Assembly (NCBI GenBank): GCA_964016885.1
Contig: OZ024740.1
Coordinates: 281,666,001-281,730,000 of the forward strand
Reading direction: 5' to 3'
Length of the DNA stretch: 64,000 bases
DNA from: Eledone cirrhosa
Taxonomy: Eukaryota
Below are positions 27,205 to 41,907 of this stretch, piece after piece. A program made the translations under genes and the position numbers. Under the pieces are notes generated by a model. The model did not search any database. It was not told the DNA's origin and saw only the letters and a program-made list of their open reading frames with translations. Every line of letters starts with the position of its first letter. Within the stretch, counting starts at the first letter, position 1.

Positions 27205-28152
27205 TATCACCCATCCACCATCTGAGTGAGTTTCTTGGTCAGTGTCCAAGTCTCAGACCCATACAGCAGCACAGACTCCACTACAGCAATGAAGAGGCGG
27301 ATTTTCAGATCTTTACGAAGGTCCGACTTCCACACCGATCTCAAGCTGTGGCACGCCGCCCAGGCTTTGCTCTTCCTCTCAACCACATCATCTTCCGTAT
27401 TCCCAATCTTTGCTCCCAAATACAGGAAGTCCTCAACCAATTCCAGCGGCTTCCCGACTACATTAGTAATCCCCTCTGGCTTCTCAACATTCTCTACCAG
27501 ATATTTTGTATTAGTCTCATTCATTCTCAGCCCCACACTCATCGACACAGTCTCAACCTCCTGCATCAAATCCTCTGCCTCCTTCACTGTATTTGTCACC
27601 AAAACTATGTCGTCGGCAAATTCAGCATCTGATACCTTTTTCGCCTTAACTCTCCTGCTCTGAGCCGGTACTACAGTAAAGCCAGAGTCCTGGTGTTTCT
27701 CCAGTGCAAGGCGCATACAATAGTCCACTACGATGATAAAAAGGTAGGGATCCAATGTATCTCCCTAGAGCACTTCAGCCAGTATATCAAAGAACTCTGT
27801 CATCCCATCAGATGAGAATGCTGAGGATGGCTCTGAACATTAATCAGTATACACTGAGGATGAACCTCAGAGCTATATGGGAGCCTCCCAAAAGTCAGCT
27901 CAAAAGTGACACAGAGGAGACTGAGGTTAGCTGGACATGCTCACCGACATCCAGAGTTGACATTGCACTCAGTGCTCCTGTGGGAGCCCCTACATGGACA
28001 CACTGAAAGAGGAAGACCAAGGTTAACGTATGTTGATGCCCCAAGGACAGACACTGGTCTGTTGGAGACGCAGGACATGGCAGCGATAATGAGGGACAGG
28101 GACCGCTGGAGAGAACTCGTCCATGGATCTTGGGAATTTTACCCGCCCTAGA
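27205..28152. mobile_element. RTE-like LINE with 5' inversion
   Basis: Minus arm GDTLDPYLF..FADD..LLYGSETWTL..LTQMVDG; plus arm continues RMLRMALN..RRLRLAGH..RGRPR. Confidence 0.9.
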
Positions 28153-28199
28153 TAGATATGCAAGTAAGCACCATATATATATAGTTGGAAAATATCGTC

Positions 28200-29460
28200 T
28201 GTTAGGCTAAAACGTTTAACTTACATTTTCAATCACAATAAGTCCGTCCACTAGGCTGGCATGTATTCTGGGGAATAGTGCTTCCAACAGAAATGCAGAT
28301 ATTTTCTAAAATGAGGGCAGGATATAAAACTTTCATTCTTGGAATTGGGTTATTTTATTGGATGATTTCTGATTTTTTTAAAATTAGTATCTTTGCAGGT
28401 GAAAAAGTCCTGTATCAATCAGATCAATGGATATAATATAATATTGCAATTGATATTATATTATATTTCTGCCATTTAAGGCCCATATATTGTTCGCTAA
28501 ATCCCTGAAAGTTGTCGTATCTTAATGCCTGACAGACGAATAGTACAAATAGTACACTTGTCGTTTCCCCCACTGCATCGTTAGTTGTGCCTATGGTAAC
28601 TTCAGCTTCGTATACGATTTAATTGATGTTAGATGCATTGTCCAACCGACAAAGGTCTTTTTCATTGCTTAAATGTCCTCAGCTTTTCTGAGTTGTGTTT
28701 AATTCTTTAAAGGACTTATTATTAGAAGCACCAATGTAGCTTATCTTGATGGAACATCCGGATATTTTACTATATCAGTGTTACAATGAGAAATTCTTTC
28801 CTACTAGGTGTAGAAATCTTTTAACTATGTTAAGGTCTGAAATTTAATTCGAAAGAATGTGAAAACCAAGTTACCATTCTAGGTCTCTGGGGGGTGGGAT
28901 TTATAGTAAAGCTAATATTTGAAGCCGATATTTAGAAGGGCTCAGTTATATATAGTAAGGGACTGTCATCAAATATAGCTTTAGAAGAGAGTAGAATAGA
29001 TTTTCTGCAGCGTAAGAGTAAGTGAAGTGTCAGTATTCTGTATTTATATATCTAAGATCCTATGGAAGGGTTTATAAGTACCTGAAGTTATGTTGAATGC
29101 TAAATATAAGATATCCGTATTGGTTAGATTAGCATCTAGAGATATCTGAAGTCTTAAGTTATGGAAAGTTGGTATTAGTTCTTTTCGGAAGGAGTCCCAT
29201 GTGTAACTGATATCCGACCATTATAATTCTTGGAGAAATGCAATTTATCATCCGGTATAGACCGACATTGTGGCTGGAGAATTTGAACGTCAATAGGTCA
29301 AAAATATATAACCTGACAAGGTCACATGCATCTGCTCAATCCTATGACACATCTAGCCGTTAAAAAAATCCTCTGATTCAGATTTTTTCATCTGAATGAA
29401 GCCGCTATTGCAGAGGCATTGATGGTAACGAATCTATGAAACGAGCCATTAATATTATAT
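28200..29460 (-). mobile_element. decayed Naiad-like Penelope element
   Basis: Minus-strand remnants DACDLVRLYIFDLL, GLYR.D, VTWFSHSF, NIVKRFLHLV, IVYEAEV parallel the motifs of the 46-48 kb element. Confidence 0.65.
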
Positions 29461-29556
29461 GATTTTATGCAATGTCCATATTATGTAATAATATTGCACT
29501 TCTCATCCTTGTTTATTATTAATCTCCATGTATACATATATCCATCCATAGACACA

Positions 29557-31384
<1,828 letters not shown>

Positions 31385-31416
31385 AGATCAAAAGATGGTT
31401 AAAGGAGTTCCATGTA

Positions 31417-31483
31417 TTTTATTATGCGCATTTCAAAAACAAACATCATCATGCAATAATATTTGTGTTTTCATCAGATAAAA
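31417..31483 (-). ncRNA. type I hammerhead ribozyme (left-arm copy)
   Basis: Reverse complement of 31614-31680. Confidence 0.8.
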
Positions 31484-31613
31484 CAGGAGAACATGATATG
31501 AAGGCTAAAAAACACTTGTGGATAGTGCAGTTTTAAATCTACATATCTAAATCTACATATTTAAAACTGCACTATCCACAAGTGTTTTTTAGCCTTCATA
31601 TCATGTTCTCCTG

Positions 31614-31680
31614 TTTTATCTGATGAAAACACAAATATTATTGCATGATGATGTTTGTTTTTGAAATGCGCATAATAAAA
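31614..31680 (+). ncRNA. type I hammerhead ribozyme
   Basis: TTTTAT-CTGATGA-AAACA..TGTTTTT-GAAA-T-GCGC-A-TA-ATAAAA; intact core and all three stems. Confidence 0.85.
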
Positions 31681-31803
31681 TACATGGAACTCCTTTAACC
31701 ATCTTTTGATCTTATATTATGCATACTCCAGTCCTACAAACTGTAGAGTGCTTCTTATCCGATATCTGCATTGCTTTATTGTACTACAATAAAACTCACC
31801 TCC

Positions 31804-31879
<76 letters not shown>

Positions 31880-31882
<3 letters not shown>

Positions 31883-33557
31883 CAAATTTATACGGGAACA
31901 AAACAGAGAGGCAGACAAATAAAGGTTTATTAGGTTCACGCTTTTGAAAGTGGGGTGGTGGGGAACGACGTTTCGGGCATAAGCCCTTTTTCAGAAGTAA
32001 ATAGGTTAGGAAGAGAGTTCAGAGGGTGTGTGGAAATACATTTAGAAAAAAGGTGGAAGGAGAACAAATAAAAATAAAAATAAACGTAAAAATAAACATA
32101 ATAAACAATAAGATGAACAAGTGGTGGAAGGGTGTGAGGCGTGTAAGGGTGGTGGCGGGTGGAGTTGGGAGAGGGAGGCGGGGGGTCGAAGCGGAGAAGG
32201 CTGAAGGTAGTGTTTGTGTATGTGTGTAGGTGTACGTGAGTGTGTGTGCGTGTGTATGTGAGAGTTTGAGGAAGAACGAGGTTCCATGTTCAGGAAAAGG
32301 TGTGTGCGTGGGGTGGGGTGTAAGTCGGTGTGTGCGTGCGTGTGGAAGGAGAGGAGTCAGGGGGTGGGGAAGGTGGCGTGTGGATTCCGGAGGTTGAGTG
32401 TGTATATGTGGGGGTACGCACGTGTGTGTTTGTGTTTATATGTGATGTGGATGTGGGTGGCGTGGTGCGGAAAAAAATGTGAGTGTATGTTCGTGGGTAA
32501 GTTCCTGAGGTAGTTCCGTCGGATGTGTGAAGGGATGCTGGATATTTTTCATGTTATGGAGTGGATGGTTGGAGAGATGACCGATGGTGTAGAATCCAAT
32601 GTTGCTGGTGGTTGGAAGTGGAGGGAAGTGGGGTGTGCGCGCAACAGGAAGTGGTCAGAGGGTCAAGGCAGGGTGAAGAGATAGCAGTAGAACGGGATGA
32701 CAGGTGGAGGGAGGTTAGTGTGGTGAGGTCTGTGTGTGTGTCTGTGCGTGCGGAGGTGCGGTGGACAGTGAAGTGGGGCAATGGGGTGTATATTTGTAGA
32801 GGTGTTAGAGGGATGTGTGTGCGTGAAGGGGTGTAGGTGGAGCGGGAGAGAGAGAGAGAGGGTGAGGGAGAGAGAGAGGGAGAGAAGAGGTGTTGGGGAC
32901 GGAGGAGGGAGTGTAGTGTACTGGTGTGTGTGTGCGTGTTTGGATGAGTGTGTGTGTGGTGAAGGGGTGTTAGTATGTTAGTTGTGGGATGGGCCAAGGG
33001 GTGGGGTGGTGAAAGAGGAAGTGTGTTAGATGTGTTAGTGGGGAAAGGTGGGCGGTCGAAGGCTAAAGGAATAAGGGTGGGGAGTTCAGGCCGGGGGGGT
33101 CTGGAGGGTGAAGACGGTGCGTTGTTCGACCGTGAGGCGGGGGCGGGTATTCCATGGCATTGGAGTAGGCCACAGACTGTGAGGTGGTGGGCGGAATGTC
33201 CAGGGGAGCGAAAGTGGCGGACAATCGGCGAACTCCCGCCGAGACGAATATCCCAGAGGTGTTCAGTGAAACGGTCCGCCAGGCGACGTCCAGTCTGTCC
33301 GACGTAGGTTGCTCTGCACTCCGTGCAGCGAAGTCCATAGATTAGGTTGGAGGAGGTGCAGCGGAAGGCGTGCCGGACAGAGAGAGACTGGCCGTTGGGA
33401 CCATGGAAAGTGGTGGTGTTGGTGATGTGGGGGCAGGTGTGGCAACGAGGCATGGCGAAGGGAAGTGAACCGGGGGGCTGGAGTAAGAAGGGCGTGGATT
33501 GGGGGTAGGGAGCTGTGGACGAGGAGGGTGCGGAGATTGCGTGCGCGTTTGAAGAAG

Positions 33558-33560
<3 letters not shown>
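31880..33560 (-). mobile_element. Penelope-like element 3' part (GIY-YIG endonuclease, UTR, HHR remnant)
   Basis: PRCHTCPHI..FRCTSSNLIYGLRCTEC.ATYVGQTGRRLADRFTEH; CTGAAAA-AGGGC.TTAT.GCCC-GAAACGTC at ~31964-31998; (TA)n on both sides. Confidence 0.9.
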
Positions 33561-33634
<74 letters not shown>

Positions 33635-33637
<3 letters not shown>

Positions 33638-33888
33638 GTGTATTATTCTGTCATTACTACCACAGAAGCCCGACGAGCTTTTGATTCTAGAGTCGGGCTA
33701 GATCGATACAGATCGAACCTTGAATTGATCAGTAGCGAAACGCGCGTCACCAACCAATAAACGTAATGAAGGGGTAACCATTCGTCCTTACACTCTAGCT
33801 AGCTCTACACCTCGATACTGACGTGAACCTAAACATCGAGTGCTCACCCGGGTGAACCTACAGTAACTTCACGTTACACTCCCTGGAT
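33635..33888 (+). mobile_element. (TA)n-flanked PLE pLTR-like fragment with variant HHR
   Basis: CCGACGA-GCT..AGC-GAAA-C-GCGC-G-TC followed by AATAAA. Confidence 0.55.
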
Positions 33889-34029
33889 ATATATATATAT
33901 ATGGATGAGAAGAGGGCTGTGTGGTTACTGATAACCGGTGTTAGAAGGTAAGGGGACAGAAACAAGAGGTGGACAGTCTCCCGTCAGTAGTTACCTACGG
34001 GTCACAGATGTTTCAGCACATTATTAATG

Positions 34030-34212
34030 AATTGGCAGTATCGGTAGAGAGTCGGACACCGTGCTTTGCAGCATAGAGTTATGGGCCTTTATGATCTGAG
34101 TTCAAATCCCGCCGAGGTTAACTTTGCCTTTCATCCTTACGGGCTCGATAAAATAAAGTACCAGTAATACACTGAGTAATTGCTGGCTTTGTGTCGAAAG
34201 TAGAAACAATTA
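34030..34212 (+). mobile_element. SINE family A
   Basis: Consensus match. Confidence 0.9.
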
Positions 34213-34670
34213 TTAACTATACATCTATCCGTAGCACGCACATAGCCTTTTATCTATCAAAAGGCCTTGAGGGAGAGAAAGAAAAGAAGAAAGAGAGAAG
34301 AAAAAAGGGAAAAAGAGGAAAAAATGGGGAAAAAAACTACCGATAGAAGGGGGAACACGGGACAATGGTACATGTAAGCAAGCAAGTAACCGAGAGAATG
34401 GGGATCATGTTTTTAAAAAGCCGTTGGGTTTAAGCCCGGGGCAAATAATAACGTAGCTAGGTATCCACACGTCTATCCTCAACGAAATCACACGAGAAAG
34501 AGAGAAAGACGGAGGAAACGGAAGCGAGAGAGAGTAGAAGGCAGAGAGGCTGAGTGAGAGGGATAGAGAGAGAGAAAGTGAGGAGGAGGGAAGGGGGTTA
34601 ATCCAAACGGGTCTAGAACGCACGTGGACTGACGACCAAGCGAAATCGATAAAAAGAAAGGGAGAGAGAA

Positions 34671-34710
<40 letters not shown>

Positions 34711-35601
34711 AACAAGATACATATGCACGCTTCACATCGTTATTAGTCTCAGTGAGATATCCCAACATTATGTTCATATAAATTATGAATCGTTTAGAGC
34801 TGCGACATTAAGTTTATACAGTGAAAGAATAAACAAAAGGAATTTGCTTTTGATGTATATTATAAAAGGAATATTTGCAATCGTAAATTATAGCAAGTCT
34901 TTCACAGCAGAGCATTCTGCTTCGAGAGCTATACCGGTGTTCCAGTGTTATAAAAGTAATAACATTTCTGCCATCAAAAGTATAAGGCTATCTGTCATGT
35001 GGAATTAATTATAACAATGCCTGGAACGGAGAATTGTACATAAAGCCAAACACTTATAATGTTCAAAATGACATTAACGTTTTGGGGTCATATATACTCG
35101 GTAAGAAGTCACAAAAGTACATTATAACGTAAGCACAGATAATCAACATCTGTTGCACGATATAAAAAACGGATCGTGTAAAAAGGATATATATATGACA
35201 AACAGTGTCGTGGGGTTATATCAGTCACGTGGGGGGACTATGTATAGAAAAATGTCTGTGTATCATTTTAATATGTGAAGCGAAATAAAGTTTCTGAAGA
35301 TTAATCGATATTAACGACATTTGTGCAAACATGCTCCTACTTTTCGTTCTCCTTCTCCTCCTCTCCTCCTCCTCCTCCTCCTCATCATCATCATCACCAT
35401 CACCACCACCATCATCATTATCACCATCATCATCATCATGATAACAGATTAGACGAGATAACGACAAAATATTTTTCATATACTCCATTTTTCGTGTGTG
35501 TTTTTCAGTTAGATTCCATTCGCTATACCATCCATTTTGTAGAGTGGATTGGTTGCATTATATCTTGGCACATGCACTATATACAAACGCTGTACTGAAA
35601 A

Positions 35602-35790
35602 TAATTGTTTCTACTTTGGCACAAGGCCATCAATTACCCAGTGCATTACTGGTACTTTATTTTATCGACCCCGTAAGGATGAAAGGCAAAGTAAACCTCG
35701 GCGAGATTTGAACTCAGAATGGCAAGGACCGTAACTCTATGCGTCAAAGCATGGCGTCCGACCCTCTACCGATACTGCCAATCCACCGCC
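35602..35790 (-). mobile_element. SINE family A with TSD
   Basis: CTGTACTGAAAATAAT at both flanks. Confidence 0.92.
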
Positions 35791-36099
35791 TGTACTGAAA
35801 ATAATAAGTGTGTGTTATTTATCCCCGAGAAGTTACAAATAAAATATTACACATCGATCAAGTTTGCACAATATGTGAAAATCTTTCAACCAGAACTGTT
35901 TGCTTACAAAATCTATAAGACATCACTGTCTTCCATGCCTCGTAAGTAAACGGATGATGAAGATGAGAAATAACTCCGAAATATTTGTATACTCCACTCC
36001 TATATCGATGTTCAATTTCACTCCATATATTTTAAGCTGTGATGTCATCACAGCTTAAAATGATTAAAGCGAGACTAAATGTACGTTCATTATATGTAA

Positions 36100-36197
36100 G
36101 GTTAACGTTGTCTTTCATCCTTACGGGGTCGATAAAATAAAGTACCAGTAATGTACTGGGTAATTGCTGGCATTGTGCCAAAATGTAGAAACAATTA
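36100..36197 (+). mobile_element. SINE family A 3' part
   Basis: Consensus match. Confidence 0.85.
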
Positions 36198-37896
36198 TAT
36201 GTAATGTCTTCAATATGTTCATTCTTTATTTGGTTAAACATACAGAAAAAGAAAGCAGTATTAGAAAGGACAATAAATGACACAAATATGAGGAAAGGGA
36301 TGGGAAGAGCAAGGACTGCTTGATAAAGAAATTATATATGTAACCCATAACAACGCAGTTAAAATGCGTATCAACCAGTATAGTCTATATATTGCACGTA
36401 GCCATAACACAGTAAAGTTGAACATAGTATAATGAATCACTAACTACCTTGAAAAAGCATATTCATCGATGGGAAAACCACATCATCATACATAACATTG
36501 TAAGAATTAAAAATCAGACATGCAAAGTCGACGCAAACCCATTAAATACCAGAATACACTCTCAATAAAGAAGAACAGGCTAAACTATATTATCAACATC
36601 AACCATCACACAATCCCCAGCTTAGAAACTGCTGTATATTGATACTACCTGAACCTAGAGGTATACAGTAATAGATTTGGCATTGGAGAAAATGCAAAAC
36701 TACAAGACGGCAATACTGTAGCCCATATAGTAACACACTGAATGTCAGAATGCAAACTGCAACTACAAAATATCTTTTATTGTCAGCATACTCTATTGGG
36801 TTTGCTTTAAAACAATTTTAAAGGTCTCCAGCTTGCCACTATGCAAAGATAAACCATACGTAAATACTGACAGGATTATTAATTTTAAGTAAAGAGTTTT
36901 TGAATTGAAATCGTTCTGCTCTATCAAAACTTATACGTTTTTACACATGTTACGAGTACCATAAATTCACCAAGGAAATTGAATGAATGAAGCAATGATA
37001 TTCTTCATGGAATAAAATAAATTATAAAATAATAAGCTCTTTCTAAAGATATATTTTTCATCTCTTTGCAAATTATGGGATAATGGCAAAATATCACGAC
37101 TAAATATTTAATTTAAATACATGCACCTGTAGGATATGGTACTGACGAGAGTCACATATAAGATCATGTTTTTTTTTCCTTTCTTTCAACGGCAAGGAAT
37201 ACATTCTATGAATTGCTTTTTTTTTTTCATTCTTAAAATTAATCTCTGTGTTTCTGTCTAATTTCATTTCTAATCCAGCACATTATATGATGCGTGTGAT
37301 GAACACGAAACTTATTTTCATCTATATTTGGAAAATTTATTTATCATTCTAGAAAGTAAACTTTATTGGTGATATTCATGAGGATAAACATATTTTCTCG
37401 TTGATTTTCGCATTTTATTTTGCTATGTTTTTAAATAAAAATGTGAAAAAAATTGCATTTCTTTTTATAAGTGGTCCTATCAAGAATTAGAATAGAGTGA
37501 CTTTAACACTGGAGAAAATTAAACAAATATTTTTTCATGGACAAACATGTATTACCTTCTTAATTAGATACTAAAAAAACAAATGTGTAAGGATAGAGAT
37601 GATATTGTTAGACATTCATCTTTTTCTGAATATCAGCGAAAAAAATAAACAATACTACATGGTATTTTCAGACGAAATTGAAATTCTCTATGAAGCAGAA
37701 GATTATCAGCAAAAACACACTATTCGTTAACGATATGATACAAAATAATGATGAGAACCAGTACATTGACGTACAGAATAATGAGGAGAAAAATATATTC
37801 TAAAAATATATATAAAACTAGACGGTGGACTAGATGTCTTAGTTAAACTCAATGTGTATATCAATATTAAGCACCACAAAGATGCTTTGCTTCTAA

Positions 37897-38065
37897 TAAT
37901 TGTTTCTACTTTAGGCACAAGGCCAGCAATTATACCAGTGCATTACTGGTGCTTTATTTTATCGACCCCGTAAGGATGAAAGGCAAAGTTAACCTCGGTG
38001 GGATTTGAACTCAAACCGGAAAGGGCCGTAACTCTATGCTGCAAAGCATAGCGTCCGACCCTCTA
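37897..38065 (-). mobile_element. SINE family A
   Basis: Consensus match. Confidence 0.9.
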
Positions 38066-39745
38066 CTGATACTCCCAATACACCGCTTTGCCTCTAATAA
38101 TAAATGTAGGTTAATTAAGCCAGCTAAGTTGGGGACTGGATAAATTAGTAAGAAAACTTGATGTAACTGTAATAACAATATAAGGAAAGTAAGAAACACC
38201 TAAAGAAGCATAGTTATTAACAACGTGACTCTACCTCACTCTCGAAATTTATCTAAACCCTGAAGGACAATAGTGTATGAAACCTACGTGCCATATAGAG
38301 TGTAAGAAATAATTGATGGAGTAGCAAATACAACATATGCATTGCGAGAAAGTTGAAGAAACTAACCCTACCTGCAAATATTCTCAGCTAAAACGAAGGA
38401 ACCTTTCCCCAAAGTTACACCCCAAATCCTTGAAACTACGAGCTTTTACACACGTCTTCATCCACAAATCTATCACAGGTAAAGTCTCCATCCTCCTTCC
38501 AACCCCGTCTTTTTCATCTGCTCTCCAACAGCTAAACATAACAATACAAAATACAACTAATATTACATATCACCACTTAACAATATGCAGAATATCAAAC
38601 GTTTCACCCTCACCACCACATGCAATCAGACATTCAATTACTGCTGATACTAGCAGCTTTCTTTGCATAACATCTAAATAAATATAACTAGATAATGTGT
38701 AGTCTGAGAAGCATTAAACAAACGCATGCTTTACAAAATCAAGTTAATACCCCAAACTCACTGAACGCTACCCTCAGGTGAAATGAATATTTGAGAACAA
38801 ATGAAAAGTATCACAACACTAAATGCTGTATGGTGTTTATGGTGGAACATACTGCAGGGGCAAACAATATATAGTCTACTGTGACCCACAATCAACATAT
38901 TACGAATAAAAACTCTGAAACACTTTGGAGTGCAAGTGGCATAGAGAAGGACATCGTTCTTCCAAGGATACACGACCACTGAAGATTGAATTGCAAGTAC
39001 AGAAGTAAGTTATTGATGTCCAATTACTATGACTCAAGACGAAACGTGGCCAAAAGTATTAGGTCGTCAATTATGAAACTTGTTGAAATTTGTTTTTTGT
39101 CTAAAAATGTCTACAAATTTCCTGCTTGACGACCTAATACGACCATTGACATTATTTTCTTGTCGCTGTGAGCATTCTACTGAACCACGGTAATACTCTA
39201 ATATGTTTTCGCTTCCAAGTTTGCGTGTGTCTTTGAAGTGTGGTGCTCATCGACGGCAGGTGCACGAATGCAGTACGATTACAAGATCACCATTATCTTA
39301 TCCTATCATAATTTGTTATTTTACTTTAGGACTCTATATTTCTCTTAACTGCATTACAGGTCTCATTATCTATTCATTTATTCATTATGAACTGTAAACC
39401 CTCTTATTCTACTTTCCACCTTAGGCTAGAATTAATTTCAATTTTTTTTATTATAAACCAAAACACCTAGAGATTTGGTTGTAATTTTAATTTTAATTTT
39501 AATTTCCTTCATAATTTCAATTACTAGTTTTAAAACTAGTTAGAATGTCGGTCCAATCCGTAGCAGTATTTGTTCTTGCTTTTTTCATTCTCAATTCAAA
39601 TCCCATTGTCCCATTGAAGCCAAATTTGCCATAGAGCCCCGGGGGGGGGGGGATAAAATAAGTACCAGTATTGCATTGGGGTCGATTTGATCGACTTTCC
39701 CTTCCTCCAAAATTGCTGGCCTTGTGTTTATAGTAGGAATGGGAC

Positions 39746-41180
39746 GAACGGACCGGTTAAATTGCTAGGGGTCTGGTTCGGTCCGGACCTCCAGATGGAC
39801 AGAAACTGGGACGAGATGACGAGTAGGGTGGCTTCTCTCACCCAGAAAAGGGCAGAGAAGAAGCTATCCCTGAAAGGTCGAGCTGAAGTGGCAAATGCAT
39901 ACATCGCGTCCGTCATCTACTACCGCCTGATCGTCGTACCTTGTCCTAAGCCTCGCCTGTCTGCGCTGGAGCGTTTGCTCTTTCGCTTTTTGTGGAAGGG
40001 ACGCGCTCCGATGGTCAGGCGGTCCATCTGCTGTCAACACCCGCTACGTGGAGGGCTGGGCCTGCCGTGGCTGATGATGCGCAGACACGCGCTCAGGCTA
40101 CGACATCTCCACCTCTTCCTCGACAGTGATCAGGTGTGGTCACCGTTTGCTAGACGCGTCTTTCCCCAGCTCGTCTCCTTGACGGAGCTGCAGTCCTGGG
40201 TCAAGCGAAGACCGAGAGGGAGCGCTTGGAGACTGGAATGTCTTCAGGCGCTGGCAGCCCTCGACCAATCGGGCAATGTGATCGGTGGAAACTCCACCTT
40301 GGCGTTCTATAGAGGATTAGTGGAGGGGAAGAGCGACGACGTACTTGGCGAAACTCTAGGCATCGACGAAAATCAACTAGCCAATCTCTTCGGAAGAACT
40401 TTCGGGTCGGGGCCTATGGACAACTTCCAGAAATCCCTGGCCTGGCAGTGTTACCGAGGGGCTTTGCCAGTTCGGGATAAACTCTACAGGCATGGAGGTG
40501 CCGTCAGCCGGGCATGTCCGAGATGCGCGCAGGGCGACGAAACCGTCCTGCATGCACTCGTCCAGTGTCCGAGCATTGCTGACTTGTGGGTTTATGTCGA
40601 ACACCTGCTGTCACGTGTAGAACGGATCCGGCTATCAGCTGAATCCATCGTGAGGATTGCCCCGCCCTCTTCCTTTAGCCGGGAAGGACAGGCAGTTTTT
40701 ATCTGTCTGGTAGCCATAGCGAAAGAGATAGTATGGTGGACGCGTTTGAAAGGGCTGAAGACGAGCACTTACCTCTTCGGTGATGCCCTGATTAACTTTT
40801 TCAAATTTCATTTAAAAGGAAAATCAGGGTAGAGAGGGAAGTGCTCTCTTCCCAGCATTTTGTTGAAAGATGGGTGATAGAGGCAAGAATGGCACGAGTG
40901 AATGGGCCCACTCTGAGTATCTGTCTGTAAATTAAAGGTGGAAAACTGGGAGAGGGCACTTGCCCTGGTGGTCAGGGTTACTGTGGCTTTTTGATGGGCT
41001 TTCTCCACGATGGCCTTCGGAAGTCTCCCCCCTATTGGGGAATTTTTTCATTGTTCTATTATTACATCTTCTATTTCTTGTTTTTTACACGCAGAAATGC
41101 CCATTTGTACCGCCCTGTATTCTCCTGTACTGTCCTTAATGTCTACTTTATGTAGACCCTTGTGGTTAATAAAGAAAGCA
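39746..41180 (+). mobile_element. Tx1/L1-like LINE, 5'-truncated, young
   Basis: Open frame LLGVWFG..LSLKGRAEV..GGLGLP..CPRCAQGDETVLHALVQC; same 3' UTR as the 15.3-15.57 kb copy; (ATT)n tail. Confidence 0.93.
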
Positions 41181-41214
41181 TTATTATTATTATTATTATT
41201 CTCTTATATAAATA

Positions 41215-41350
41215 ATGATTTCTTTATTGGCCACAAGGGCTGACATCAAGAAAAACATTACAGACGGCACAGGACGGTATGATTTGGGTTTTATGCGTGT
41301 ACAGATTTTTATTATTTATATAAGAAACGAAAATGAAAAAAAGACATAGA
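41215..41350 (-). mobile_element. Tx1/L1-like LINE extreme 3' end
   Basis: Reverse complement resembles 42850-42960 (CCCTTGTGGCCAATAAAGAAATCATT). Confidence 0.75.
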
Positions 41351-41364
41351 AACATATTTTTTAG

Positions 41365-41583
41365 GAACGATCGACTTTCGTCAAATCGGACCGAGGGAAC
41401 AATCTTTCCGTTGGTCTTTCCAATTGCTAATACTATCTATCGGTCGCAACTCCAGGTAGAAGGAGCAACGTGAAATAAAGTGTCTTGCTCAAGGACATAA
41501 CGCATAGCCTGGTCCAGGAATCGAACTCACAACCTTACGATTGCGAATCCAATTCTCTAACCGCTCAGCCACACGCCTTCACT
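41365..41583 (-). mobile_element. tRNA-derived SINE family B
   Basis: GGCGTGTGGCTGAGCGGTTAG (A box), GAGTTCGATTCC (B box), GTCCTTGAGCAAGACACTT core. Confidence 0.85.
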
Positions 41584-41584
41584 A

Positions 41585-41865
41585 TATATATATATAAAGA
41601 AAAAGAGATGAAATCGAAAATGCAACTGGAGTCTTATTTTTTTTAAAAATATATATATTTATTTGGTTCCTTTACCGGTTTCGCAGTTCTTCTGCTTTTC
41701 AAAAGGTGAGTTGAGATGGAGGGTCTGTGGTTTTTCTCACATGTGATATATATTTTTTTAAAAAATAAGACTCCAGTTGCATTTTCGATTTCATCTCTTT
41801 TTCTTTATACTTTCACTCGTGTAGGACACCTCGGTTATTTTTCATTTTGTAAAAAAAAACCTCAC

Positions 41866-41875
<10 letters not shown>
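41585..41875. mobile_element. fold-back copy of a PLE 3' terminus
   Basis: 41595-41743 matches 49510-49655 directly; ~41747-41872 matches the reverse complement of 49446-49570. Confidence 0.9.
41669..41706 (-). ncRNA. minimal HHR with U3-A8 covariant core
   Basis: CCTT-TTGAAAA-GCAG.AAGAA.CTGC-GAAA-CCGG-TA-AAGG. Confidence 0.75.

Positions 41876-41902
<27 letters not shown>

Positions 41903-41907
<5 letters not shown>

Noticed and set aside
39056-39140. 15-bp inverted repeat GTATTAGGTCGTCAA
   Set aside because: Possibly a tiny mariner-type remnant, but too short to call
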